This document shows, in pieces, positions 22,808 through 35,000 of a stretch of 64,000 bases of DNA (the stretch's first letter is position 1; every line of letters begins with the position of its first letter). Source of the DNA: Psammoneis japonica (Eukaryota); contig QPGO01000152.1 of the NCBI GenBank assembly GCA_008632985.1, positions 1 to 64,000 of the forward strand, given 5' to 3'. Made by a program: the position numbers and the translations under genes. The notes under the pieces were generated by a model, which made no database searches, had not been told where the DNA came from, and worked only from the letters and a program-made list of their open reading frames with translations.

Positions 22808-23052
22808 GGCCAGCCTGTTCCAGCTCCAGGTGATCCGCATGGGGCTCGATTCCCATCATTTGGCAATTTGTGCATTCAGCACATCAAACTTTTTCAAAAT
22901 CCATTTTTGCCAAATCGAAGGGCAAGTGCACACCTCACTCGATTTTCGAAATGACCAAAATTGAAGAAGTTCAATGCGCCAAACTGCGCAGAGAAAATCG
23001 GCCTCTCTTGCGTGATGAAAAGCGGATCACCTGGAGCTGGGACAGGCCAGCC
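22808..23052. mobile_element. MITE-like element with ~31-bp terminal inverted repeats
   Basis: GGCCAGCCTGTTCCAGCTCCAGGTGATCCGC (22808-22838) is inverse to GCGGATCACCTGGAGCTGGGACAGGCCAGCC (23022-23052); no clear TSD. Confidence 0.6.
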
Positions 23053-23456
23053 CAGTTCAAAGCATTTCAATTGAAAGCACATCAAGAAGCACTCACCCCA
23101 GTGCAAGATGTCCCCAAACAAGGAGAGCACTGCACTTCATTCCCGCTGTCACTCCAGTGGCATGTCCAGGACCGAGCCTTTCCCTCATCCACAGGTTGAC
23201 AGCTGTTTTCACAAGGAGCCCCGATTTTGTCATGCGAACAACTCCCGTGCTCGCAAACCATGCTGCAAGGAACACATGTGCGCTGCTGCGGAGCACGACG
23301 AGCATGCAGAGCATCCGGACACCCATAGAGTGCAATCCCCCGCACCGTAACACTGCACAACGTCCGGGTCTCTTTTGAATGCGGTAAAGTCACACGAGTG
23401 GGTCAATCACGCGCGAGATCGCAAAAACGCTCAAACATCAATCAGAACCCTCCACG

Positions 23457-24477
23457 ATGATGTCCTCTGCAAGATCGCAGCACACAACAAAGGCACGACG
23501 CTCCCGACGGCCTACATCGATTCATTACTTCCCCATATCCCTTTTCTTATTTTTACTTTGCTTGCGTGTAGCTGCCTTTGGGAACGCATCAAACGTCCCG
23601 TCCGTCGCGAAAGCAAAACTTGGCCTTGACGGCACCCCGCTACACGTTTCACCGCCTATACCGGTGGACGCGTCGGAAGCAATCAATAATGACACAAAAG
23701 ATAGCAAAAACACAAAGTCGAGTCATGTGGATATAAATTCACCGCTACAAGAAGCTGAAGAGTCCCCCTTTGCCGTTGCTACCTCCCTCATCCAAAGAGA
23801 CACTTGATGATTTCTTCACGACTCCGGCTCACTCCAATCTCCTGTTTGCGGAAAAGGCAACCCTGGAAGAAGTTCCTGATCCCAGCAAGGAGTTGTTGGA
23901 AAAGTTTCAGACTTACAATGCTCAACGACGTGTTGAAGCCGGTATGCCTCCCATGGCCGAGGACGTTGCAAGCACACGGTTCGTTCGTTTGGTAAACCCT
24001 CCCATGAGATGCATCGGTGTCACGCTGCACTCATCCACGCACGTGGGCATTCAGATACTCCTTGGAAATACCTCTACTAAACAACCGAACCAGAAAAGAA
24101 CATTTCCAGGATATCCCGAGCTTCAATTGACACTTATGGATACCACGTTTGAGGCTACTGGACCCAAGCATTTGGTAAGGATCTTCAATAGAATCATGAT
24201 GGGTCGAAAGCGGGATGGCACCGAGAATCCTCCTCTTACGACAATTGGGCTGAGTCGTTTCTGGGCAGAGCCAGCTGAGAATGATCAAGTGAGATTTGCC
24301 AGTGAAGCCAGGTTGGAATCCGTGATGAAGATTCCAAAGCTTCTTTGGAGCGTGGTTCCAATGTCCAAGGGTGGAATGGAGAAGAGAGGCAGTGCAACAC
24401 TTCAGAGAGCAATTGAGAAGGACATTGATAAGGCGATGGAGAGGTTTCAGAATGAGTACATGACGTGTCTATCTTAG
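23457..24477 (+). CDS. Hypothetical, possibly plastid-targeted protein (DUF1997-like); frame change near 23770
   Basis: Signal-peptide-like segment ending VAAFG; second frame carries a globular domain ending in a long helix; family assignment weak. Confidence 0.45.
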
Positions 24478-25135
24478 TTCTTTCATCCTTACCAGAAATG
24501 CCAGAACTGCACGGTTTTAGAGGATCGTCCTGCGGAGCGAGAATACATTACACTTGTTCGAATAGATAGTTTACAATAAGAAAGCTTCACATAGTCCACA
24601 ATCGCGTACATCCTCCTAAATGGCAGTGATTACAGTGCCGTCGTCAAACAGCGTGAGCAAGTTATCATAGACTCTCTAGAGAGTAGCTCCTTACTGCTAC
24701 CACGGCGACTCCGACGGATCGGAAGTCTAGCGCCACAACTCCAGCACCAGCACACCCATCTACTCGTACGCGGCATAGCCTAGAGAGAGGAGCAATACAG
24801 GACCACCTTGCGGTGTCTCCACCGAAAAAGAATATTTATGTTTTTTTGTGCATCGCACGACGTTCCTACTGGCTATTCCTACAGTTTCAATGCTCAATGC
24901 TCAGTCCTTTTATCTGAGTCTTGTGGCTGGCCAGCAAAGCTGGGTTATCCTCTGCCCGATCTTACAATTGCATGTGGGCCTCCGAGATTCATGAGCTGGA
25001 ATAGGTATTTGCTTTGCATCTTCAACCAAGCCTATGTAGATCAACAGCAAATTAGGTAGTAAGTTGCGCTATTCTAGCTACTTTTAAGTTGTAGCTTCCA
25101 GTAGAAATGTCAATTCTATCTGCCCTCCTTTTTCA

Positions 25136-26028
25136 CTACTTTTCAACATGCACCATACCAGCCTCGATTTCTACACTATCCTCCGTAATGGCCCGAGCCG
25201 TGTAGGCTACGGTGCTCTTGGTCAAAGCAGTACGCGTCGACTGGTACAGGTCTGGCGTGATGAGGCGGGTGCGGGTTTTCATGGTGCCCGAGGCACGAAC
25301 ATCCACGTCCTTTTTGACGACACCCATGGGTGTAATGATAATGTCAGAAATGCTAGAGGCGTCGGCACCCTCGATTTCACGGGTCATGGCCACGCCATCC
25401 TCGTCAATGGCAAAGTGATAGGTGATATTTTTGCCCGCCTTGAGCGATTCCTCAATCTTGGAAGCAACTTCTTCAGTGATGGAGTCCGACTTGGCTTGGT
25501 AGTCCTTGAGAAAGTCGGCATCCTCCGCCACGTCCACAAAGACTTCGTCAAAGACCACAATCATGGCTGAGCTTCCCGGCTTGAGTGCGGACCCAATCAG
25601 ACCAAGCTGCTTTTTATCCATGCCTTCCACGCGCGAGGCACCGTACTTGGAAATGCTCCCACCGAGGCCTGCCGCCCTGGCCGTACCTCTGCCGGTGAGC
25701 ATCACCGAGAAACCGCCCAAGAGTTTTTGTCCGCCCACGGGCTTACCGTGAAGAGCATTGGGATTTCCCATCTCCTTGATGGCGAGCTTGCCAGCAATGT
25801 CCTTTTTGGCGACAGCCATATTGGTGCACAATACCTGTTTGGTTTCAAATTCTGCGTCCATGATTTCCTTCTCCATTTTGTCCACTGCAGGCAGAAAACG
25901 AAAAATTCATAAGCATCATGCATTTCCAATTTCAGCGAAAGTTACAAGAATTGGAATTTCCAACACGTACCGGCATCTTCCGTGGTGAAAGCAGCCACGA
26001 TAAACTGGGTGGGGATTCGCTTTGCCAT
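25136..26028 (-). CDS. DUF1269-like protein, 2 exons (intron 25885-25970)
   Basis: GT...CAG intron joins MAKRIPTQFIVAAFTTEDA to VDKMEKE in frame; motif GMDKKQLGLIGSALKPGSSAMIVV. Confidence 0.6.
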
Positions 26029-26441
26029 GGTTCCTTCTTCTTTTGTTGGCGTCGTCCGCGGACGGAGATCTTTGCTGAGCTTTGCAGAAAAACTCCCTGC
26101 GATCTTCTTGCGATCTTGCTTTCGCGTCTCGTCGTTTCGACATTTTAAATCATATACTTCTACAAAACTAGATATAGCGTATATTCTTTTTTTAACGTAC
26201 ACATTAGTTGCTCACATTACTGTATCTTAGGCTTGAATACATAAATAAATAAAACAGGTCATTGGATACGCAGTACACCTGCCTACTGTACATAAGGTCA
26301 TGGTTAGCGCGTCTCGCCATCGCACGACGCACGACTGAACTTTTGCGTTTTACGTTCCGAAAGATGGAGATTGGAGAACGAATGTTTGGATGTTGCTGAA
26401 GATGTGTGTCCACAACAAAAGGAAGTCGTGTAGGAGAGGTC

Positions 26442-27665
26442 ATGTCTTCTTCTGACTCGAAAGAAACCATGCCAAAGCAGCACGAAACACCGACGCAGAA
26501 GTCTGCCATGGACAAGAAGAACCGTGTCGAAGTCGGACAGGAGGGTCTCGCCTGGTTTGGACACAAGGACCGGCAGTGGGAACCTTGTCAAGTCTTGCAA
26601 GTCAACGATGAAGAAAACACCCTCAAGGTTCGGTGGCATGAAGACAATAAAGTCACCACGCGTCTCTCCGCGGCACGATTCCGTTGGAATCAGTACGACG
26701 CAGCCTTTGAATGTGACGAGTGGTATTGGCACTTTGCCTCGATCGATAGAAATGGCCTTACCGCGGTCTCCGCTACTCCTACCACAACTGAAGACTACCT
26801 GTCCTTCAACACTTGGAAATTGTTGTACGATACCATGGTATCGAAAATCGTGGACGAAGGCTTTAGGGCTCTTGTGGAAAGGGACGATAACTTGGCGTAC
26901 CATGACGTGGACCACTGGAAACGCATCATTCGGTCCTTTCTCCCCAAGAGCCCCAAGAGATTCGTTCGACCCCCTCTCACAGATGCCATCATCCATGACT
27001 TTGACGGTTGGCAAGTCCCTCCGAACGAAGACAAGTTAAAGTCGGGTCACACCTACTTTTTAAGATGTGTACGGGGCGCTTCCGAGGATCAAGACAGGTC
27101 GTCCGTGGCGGACTTTTTTCGTCAAGTGGCCAACCCACGAAAAGGCTTTCGGCCGTTCTACAACTCGTACCGCCGCGACAATTACGAAGCCTCCCCTCAT
27201 AATGAATATCAAAACCATCCTTCCTACGTGGTCTTTTGTGTGCCCGTCGGCCGTCCCGTGGACAATTTTCTGCCTGTGAAAATTTTGAACGTCCTCCAGC
27301 CATCCGACTTGGCACAACACTTTGCACCCTGTCCCGGCCGCGGACCCATCATGGACTTTCGAAACTTTCCCAAACCATACACGTATTTTCCTTACTACGA
27401 CCCCAGCACTCCTGTAGTATTGGCCCGGAGAGGCTTTTACGAAAGGAATCAGGGGTGGTACTGGAGATTTGTAGAGCACCCGACCCTCGGTTGGTACTGC
27501 TACGAGTGGGGGACCCATAATCCCGAGTCGCGCCATTTTGGCTACTTTACTCTCACGGTTCGGCAAGTCCAGGCCTTTGAGCTCGACGAGTATTACCAAT
27601 CCAAGAGTTGGGACTTTGGTAGTCGTGTGCCGGAGCATCGCATCTTTGACATGTTTTATGGGTGA
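26442..27665 (+). CDS. Hypothetical protein with a possible N-terminal Tudor/PWWP-like barrel
   Basis: ~407-aa uninterrupted ORF; AWFGHKDRQWEPCQVLQV...LKVRW pattern. Confidence 0.6.
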   Translation: MSSSDSKETMPKQHETPTQKSAMDKKNRVEVGQEGLAWFGHKDRQWEPCQVLQVNDEENTLKVRWHEDNKVTTRLSAARFRWNQYDAAFECDEWYWHFASIDRNGLTAVSATPTTTEDYLSFNTWKLLYDTMVSKIVDEGFRALVERDDNLAYHDVDHWKRIIRSFLPKSPKRFVRPPLTDAIIHDFDGWQVPPNEDKLKSGHTYFLRCVRGASEDQDRSSVADFFRQVANPRKGFRPFYNSYRRDNYEASPHNEYQNHPSYVVFCVPVGRPVDNFLPVKILNVLQPSDLAQHFAPCPGRGPIMDFRNFPKPYTYFPYYDPSTPVVLARRGFYERNQGWYWRFVEHPTLGWYCYEWGTHNPESRHFGYFTLTVRQVQAFELDEYYQSKSWDFGSRVPEHRIFDMFYG

Positions 27666-29008
27666 CGATGAGCGGACTGTGTCTGAATGCACATCTATGC
27701 TGGGAAGAGTTGTACTTCCCCAAAGGGGAGTAGAATCCGTCACAAAAGGATTTGCTATCGAACGAGCATGCCTCGGTAGCCCTGAGATGCGGATAGCTTC
27801 GCCGTTGCCTGTGTGTCAGGACTACCCTTGTTAGAGAACCGCATGACAGATTAAACCAGGTTGAATGTACAAACCGCCATCAGCAAGCACGTCCCTTTTT
27901 GGCGCCTTCTTTTCGGTCCAGATAGGCCATGCCAACAAGCTAGAGAGACCTGTATTACAACTGATCGTCCCTTGTAAACAACGGGACGCATCAGCTTTCT
28001 AGTCGACATACTGCCATCTAGAGATTGTCAAATAGCAAATGAAAGAAACGGCATTCGACAACAAAGTTTGATAAGCAACTTTTTCTAAACGTTAGTGGCA
28101 TTAAGACAGTCAAAGAACCTTCGCATCTCGCATCTTCCCCTGTGAAAGACCTCGATCCCTTCCAATTCACATTTTCTATTGTCCACCTGTCGCTTCAATA
28201 CTGGTCTTTTCTGTCAATGATTCATCCCCAGGAGCTTACAAGAGAATTCAAGAGCCCACAAATGAAAATTCGATAGCAAAAACAAACATGGCAAAACACT
28301 TGTCTAAAGTGGATGTGATCCATGTCTTTTCCTCGAACCGTTCACCAGCATTAAACAGATCCATTTGAGCCAGCCAATCTATCAACATCTCATCTTTCCT
28401 GGGCTTAAAAAGCGTTGTTGCTCCTCGATCACTACTCTGCGAACAAGCTCAAGGTTTCGCCTTGATGCTTGAAGTTTGTCATTGCTCATTTCCATGAGTG
28501 ACGCCACGACATCCAACGATGGCTCGAAACCCCGACTCTGGCAAGCTCTCAAGATCATGCGTCTTCTATGACTCTCCATACTGTGAAACGAATACAGCAT
28601 ATACTCCATTTCTGCAAAAGCTCGGATGTTGCTTGACGCCAATTCACGCAACGGATTTATGAGCCATGGATCCTCCACAACATTTTCCTCGTCAACTTTG
28701 CGATCATTTTATCGAGCCTGCCACAGGTATCCGCAATTTCTGGCATTATCAGAATCGAGTGTTGAAGAACAGTATGGTACGATGCTATTCTGCAACAACT
28801 GAATCAAAGTTCGTCGGCGACTTCACAAAATAATGCTTCCGCCATCGTCCATCGTGAATGAAAAATAAGTGGTTTTTGAAGTGCGCTTGCCTATCGGAGA
28901 TTGAGCTTCCACGCGCGAATGATTATCTCGCGCGCGCCCCACACGACGACACGCAACGCGGCCGTAATAGAGACACACAACGCAACGCAAATTTCTGCAA
29001 GAGTGACA

Positions 29009-29950
29009 ATGACATCGGCAGCGCTCGCTTGGGGCTGTGGCTTCCTGGCCTTTTCACCCACCGCTTCTGTTTTATTCCTTCTAGCCTATCAAAAAGCTCA
29101 GCTCATTATTGTCGTGACGACAGCAGCGTTTGCCTTCTTGCTGTCGACCTTGCTCGCGTCGCTGTTTTGGCTGATTTTCGATGCTGCCGGGATTGATCAC
29201 GCGCTTCTTACCCTGATACCGGGAGTGGTGGCACAGTTTTTCCTCCGATGGGGCTTTGTTTGGCTTTACCATAAGGTGGAGAATGTAATTCAGACGAGTA
29301 TTGAGCGACACGAACAGCAGCACCCGGAAGATCAAGAAGGAGATTTGCCTGAATCGGCTCGACTTCGACTAGAGCTCAACGATTGGTCCTGTGGTGTGGC
29401 GGCGGGGTGCGGCTTTGGTGGAATGCATGCTCTTTTATTGTATGGAACACTACTAGCAAGTGAAAGTGGGAACGTCGGGACGCTCTATCAGGATTCGTGT
29501 CCCAACATGCCAAGTTTGGTTCTGTCTGCGTTGAATGCCTTTTTCTTTAGTTTTCTGGATTTTGTATGGATGCTGCTTACATTTTATGGCCTCAGAAGGC
29601 GACTTTTGTTCCCGGCTGGAGTGACGTCAAGTCCGCTAGAAATGTGGAATGTCCACAACTACATGTATGGGGGCTGGGGTGCATCTGTGGGCAACACTCG
29701 CAACGGCGGCAATCTTGTATTAGTCGTCACTGGATTCTCTCATTTACTTGCGAGCCTGTTTACGACACCCAACGGCTTTGAAAACGGATGTCTCTTATCC
29801 ATACCTCTGTTGGGAGGTATTACGCTCGCAATGCTCTTGTTCTTTTGGGGAGGGGTTTCCAAGATTTATCTGCCGGAACACCAACAGCGAAGAATCGAAG
29901 ACGACGAGCTTCTTCGTGAGCCGATCCAAAACAGTGAACATGAAGACTGA
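29009..29950 (+). CDS. APH1: Gamma-secretase subunit APH-1
   Basis: WGCGFLAFSP...LIIVV..AAFAFLLS N-terminus; GVAAGCGFGGMH GxxxG helix; about 7 TM segments. Confidence 0.85.
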   Translation: MTSAALAWGCGFLAFSPTASVLFLLAYQKAQLIIVVTTAAFAFLLSTLLASLFWLIFDAAGIDHALLTLIPGVVAQFFLRWGFVWLYHKVENVIQTSIERHEQQHPEDQEGDLPESARLRLELNDWSCGVAAGCGFGGMHALLLYGTLLASESGNVGTLYQDSCPNMPSLVLSALNAFFFSFLDFVWMLLTFYGLRRRLLFPAGVTSSPLEMWNVHNYMYGGWGASVGNTRNGGNLVLVVTGFSHLLASLFTTPNGFENGCLLSIPLLGGITLAMLLFFWGGVSKIYLPEHQQRRIEDDELLREPIQNSEHED

Positions 29951-30518
29951 AAATGTACTTTTTGGTGATCAATTTGGGGTCATTATTTTTCCGAGCATTT
30001 CCCTGTAAAATTAGAGGATTGCAGTATACAAAATTGGTTAGGTACGGGAACCAAGGATGTTCTCGAGAGATCGTGAAGTACTCTAGGCTTAACACGTTAG
30101 ATGAAACGGAAATGGTTCCTGCACAAAATTTTGCAGACAAGATCGAGTGTTGCTAACAGACTAAAGATTTGGTTCTCCCTACAGACTAGAGATGACCGAC
30201 GACGCGAGAGTGAATCATTTGACACTCTCCTTGACACCTCTCTGACGTTGCAAAAAAAAAAGATAATGATATCTTCAGGTTACTCGTATGCTAGAGCTAC
30301 AGCACCAAGCTTTGTTGCGGTTCTGCACGACCGATTTTCGACACGTGGTTGAAAGTGGTTGCGTAGAATTCGAAAGAATACCGAGGAAGTCGTGAATCGG
30401 GACCCACGTAGAATTCACATATCTCATGTACGTAGCTTGTCACGACACAATTTTTTTGTTTCCCAAGTACCGTTCTCACTTTTCTCTTTTCTCATAAAAT
30501 AGCCAGCCTGACATCAAA

Positions 30519-31960
30519 ATGAAAGTCACCCACGCCCCCTTCACCGCTCTCGTTGTCCTATGTCTCTCCAAGGCGAGGGAGGGTTCCTCATTTACTTCTC
30601 CCAGCCATGCGATCGCAAGTAAGAAGTCTCGACATATCCCCAATGCCCTCCGCCATCGATCCACGATCCGGCCTTTTGACACTCATATCCTTGCAAACAT
30701 GGAGCCGATCGAGGAATCAGAACAGCTGAATACTCCGATCTACATGGATCAAATTGGTAAAAAAGATGTTGACGTGGAGTCGGATAATTCACCAATGAAG
30801 GCCCTGAGCGATTTCTTCAAGAACCTGTCAAAACAGCATAAAGCATTCGCCTTGGCAATGGCACTCATGTTTGCCACTGTCTTTAACCCCTTACCTGCCA
30901 TGGCCGCACAGAGCGGTGGCAGAATCGGGGGCTCGTTCCCTGCCCAACGAACACCTACTGTTAGGACTTATTCTGCCCCTCGACAAAGCTATGGCTACAG
31001 GCCCAGCTATGGGACAGGATTCTCGCGGGGCTTCGCATCCGGTTACTTGGCACCGAGACCCAGCTTCTTCTATCCAAGTCCCTTCTATACACCCTCCTAC
31101 TATTACTCAAGCCCTGGTATTATGATTCAGAGCCGCGGTCCCGGTCTTTTGGGAACTATTCTGCTTCTCGGGGGCATTGGCCTCGTGGCATCGAACATGC
31201 TGGGCAGCACATTTGAGCAGCAATCATTCAGCACCCAAGATGTTAGCACTGCTTTGGGACCAGGCGTCTCGGTTGCTAAGATCAGCGTTGCAGTGGAAGT
31301 TCCTCGTCGGGATGACCCAAATTCCATTCTTTCGGTTTTGAATCGGATCTCTCGTACGGCCCAGACTGACAGCCGCGTTGGCATTCAGAATTTGACTAGC
31401 CAAGGTAAGTGGTTTCTAAACGAGCGTTGGAGGATGCGTTTCAAAACAATCAGATCAATTCTCTCTAACACATCCTTTTTTCAAAACTGTGCAACTAATC
31501 TTCTTACTTGAATGAAGTGGCCCTTGAGTTACTAAGAAGAAAGTCCTCAATTGTTTCGGCGTCGACAAGCTACAATCACTTTCGCGACCGCGACCAGGCC
31601 CAGCGTGACTTCAATCGCATTGCTATCAAGGAGCGTGGAAAGTTCGAACGTGAGACCGTAAGCAAGTACGGTGGTGTGGATTACAGTCCCGAATCGTCGC
31701 CTTCTTTTGGAAAGCAAGGATCTTCTCAGGCGACAATGGCTGTCGTGACCTTGATTGTTGCCATTGAAGGAGATAGTACGAAGATCCCTCAAATCAGGTC
31801 TGCAAATGATGTGGAGGAAGCTTTGCGAAGAATTGCCTCCGATACCAAGGTGGACAACTGCCTCCAGAGTGCTGAAATATTGTGGACTCCTGAAGAAAGA
31901 TCAGAGACTCTGACTGAGCGAGACGTCATCGCAGATTACCCTGGCCTTAGAACCTTGTAG
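30519..31960 (+). CDS. FLAP1: DUF1517 protein (FLAP1-like, plastid), 2 exons (intron 31405-31517)
   Basis: AAQSGGRIGGSF, Gly/Tyr-rich segment, TM helix, VALELLR, EILWTPEE..ETLT...DYP; GTAAGT...AAG intron keeps the frame. Confidence 0.8.
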
Positions 31961-32052
31961 ATTTACATTAGCATAACTTCGTGTAGACATGCGCCGCCGA
32001 CTCTCGATGCGACATTCTTATCCTCGTTTGGCGCACAATAGGCTTCCGTTGA

Positions 32053-35000
32053 CTAACTATCCAGCAAGGCATTCTTCAGTTCACTGGATATCATCCCGCC
32101 ATTACTTCTTTCGGCTTCCCGAATGATGCTTTCCATATCTTCCATATCTCCGTCGTCAAACGACGAATCAGACGCAGATGTCTCCTCGTCGGCATAAGTT
32201 CCCTGAAATGAATCGCCGTGTCCATTGCCAGGAGTGACGGCTTCTCGCATAGCGTCCATTAACTCTTCTGGGATGGGTTTATCGTACAATCGGGCAGCTT
32301 CTTCAAACATCTGCTCGATGTTTTCTTCCTCTCCGACATCCACTGGCGTCCGAATCGGGCCTTTATTAAAAACCTTATACCGAGCCTGCTCAAACATCTT
32401 CTCGAGGTCGTCTTCCTCCACATCTTCTTCCACATCCATTAGCTTTGAAGGCGAAGACTGCAGTAGGCTAGTCGATGTGGAAGGTTCTAGGAGGTCATTT
32501 GTCCGGAATGATAATCCAGATTTTAATGAAGCGCTGCGTACCGCGTGTTTTAAGTCTGCAGGCAGTGCCATCCCATAGTTTCTCTCTGCTTCTCGGAAGA
32601 TACTGTCAAGGTCGTCCTCGCTATTGCTCCGCTCCGAAAATTCCGCAACATGCTGCGGTGATAACTCGTTTGCATCAGATTCCAGAACTGCATCGCCGTC
32701 GTCGGAGCTGCTCTGACTCAAGCTTTCAACAACGTTATCGGGCGATGATTCGCGTGTATCAGACTCCGAAACTGAATCACCGCTTCCATCGCCGGGAGCG
32801 ACAGCTTCTCGCATAGCTTCTTCAAACATCTGCTCAATGCCGCCTTCCTCGCCAACATCAACTGGCGTCCGAATCGGGCCTTTGTTGAATACCTTATACG
32901 GAGCTTTCTCGAACATCTTCTCGAGGTCATCTTCCTCCACTTCCATTTGCTCCGTGGGAGTAGATTCGAGTAGGCTAGCCGATACGGAAGGTTCTAAGAG
33001 GTCATTTGTCTGGAATGATAATCCAGATTGTAATGAAGCGCTGCGTACCGCGTGTTTTAAGTCTGTAGGCAGAGACTTTCCATGGATCCTCTCAGCTTCT
33101 CGGAAGATGCTGTCAAGATCGTCGTCAGGGTTGCTCAGCCCCGATCGTTCCGATACATTCTGCGGTGTGGGAGATGGCTTCTTCGCGGCAGTAGACAGTT
33201 GAGGAGGAAGGTAGGTCTTAACTTCTGTCGAGGCTGACCCGGCAGATTTTGATGACTCTGACCGGCTTAGTTTCTTTCCGGCAGAAGCGAAAATGTCTTC
33301 CAAATTATCACTGGTGAATGAATCATCTAAGGAAGCTACGTTTGAAGAAGATGAAGCCTGCTTCGCGATCACGAGTTTTCCTTCGCTCGCTATGTTGTTG
33401 CTGGACTTGGAACTGGATCTGCTGCTTGAGCCAAATTCTCTTGCCGCTGCGAGGAACATCTCATTGAGATCGTCGCTGCCAACACTAGACTCGGGCGACA
33501 AGTCCGCACCAGCCACTACGCTAGGGTCCTTGTCTGTCGGAGTTGGCTCATCTGCCTCCTTTGAACGCAGGGGTAACCTGGAGGAGATTGATGCTGTAAG
33601 CAAAGCGTGCTTCAAGTCCTCCGGTAATACGTTACCGTAAGCATATTCTGCGTCACGAATTATGCACTCCAATTTTTCTTCAACATCAGCAGCGCTCTGA
33701 GAATCCGAAACGGGCAACGACGAGTCCGAAGTTGAGGCATATGTGTCTCTCACCACAGACTTGACTTCCGTTGGAATCGGTTGCTTGTACAAGATTTCGG
33801 CCTCCTGAAACATGAGGTCTAATTCATCGTTAATCTGGTGGGATCCTCTGTCCTCAGTTCGCAAATACCGCGAGGAATCCTCAAATGACCGCAGGGATAG
33901 TCCAGATGAAACAGAGGCAGTGAGCAGAGCCACCTTCAGATCAGCTGGCAGCTCCCTTCCGTAATTGCGTTCCGCGTCTCGAATTATGTTGTCCATTTCG
34001 CATTCTGCATCGGCGGATAGGCTACACGAAGTTTGTGAGTCATACCTAGGCAAAGCCGACCCTGGTCCCTCAATCGCGCCACTAGACGCCACCGCGTTTC
34101 TCACGACAGACTTGACCCCAGCAGGAATTCTCTTTTGATACAACTTTTCGGCTTCGTAGAAAAGTATTTCAATTTCATCTGTTTCATTCTCCACGTTTTC
34201 TTCATAACTGCGAAATGACGAGCCATCACTCCGCAGACTGGGTTCGTTTCTCAAATGATGAAACGAGGCGCCGGAAGAAATAGATGCGCTGAACAACGCG
34301 CGTCTCATATCGGCAGATATGGGCTTCCCGTAAGCCTGCTCGGCTTCGTTGAGTATGCTTTCAAGCTCCTCTTCAGTACCATATGATGAAGTTGATGCAG
34401 GGGATAACTTAGTCGGAGGAGGAGCTTCATCCAATAGATTTGTTCTTGAATCAGATGCTATTGCGTCCCGCACAGCAGAGCGGACACCAACAGGTATCGG
34501 CTTTTGGTACAGCCTTTCAGCTTCCTCGAACAGCTTCCCCAAGTCGTCGTCTACATCTGGCTGCTGCGTAGGAACTATAATATGCTGATTCGAGAGGGAG
34601 ACTAAGGAAGTTCCTTTCATTGCCGATTGTAGGTCAGGAGGTATCGGTCGCCCGTAAAACTTCGTTGCTTCTTCGAGAAAAGCATTCAGGTCGTCGCCGT
34701 CGCCGTCAAGAACAGTGTTTGTTCCCAAGGACAAAGAAGAAACCGCGGACACCAACGACATCTTCACTTCGATTGGAACAGGTTTGCCGTATTCACTCTC
34801 TATTCGCTCAACTTCGTCACGAATCTGCTCCATGGGATTATCCGAGTCCGCATCCACTAACTTGGATGTCGACGTACTTATCAAAGACTCGGATGCTTCC
34901 TTGGTTCCGTATAACTGGAAAGCCTCGTTGAGAAGAACTTCAAACTGCGACTCTTCACCGATCGAGTAGTCATCACTAAATGTGCTCCTGCTAGAATTTG

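Noticed and set aside
22405..23355. hAT-like CAGTG...CACTG ends bounding the TA-free island
   Set aside because: Only a 5-6 bp inverted match and no 8-bp TSD.
28382..28678. Short minus-strand ORF
   Set aside because: No ATG start in the called frame and no motif; may be an exon but cannot be supported.
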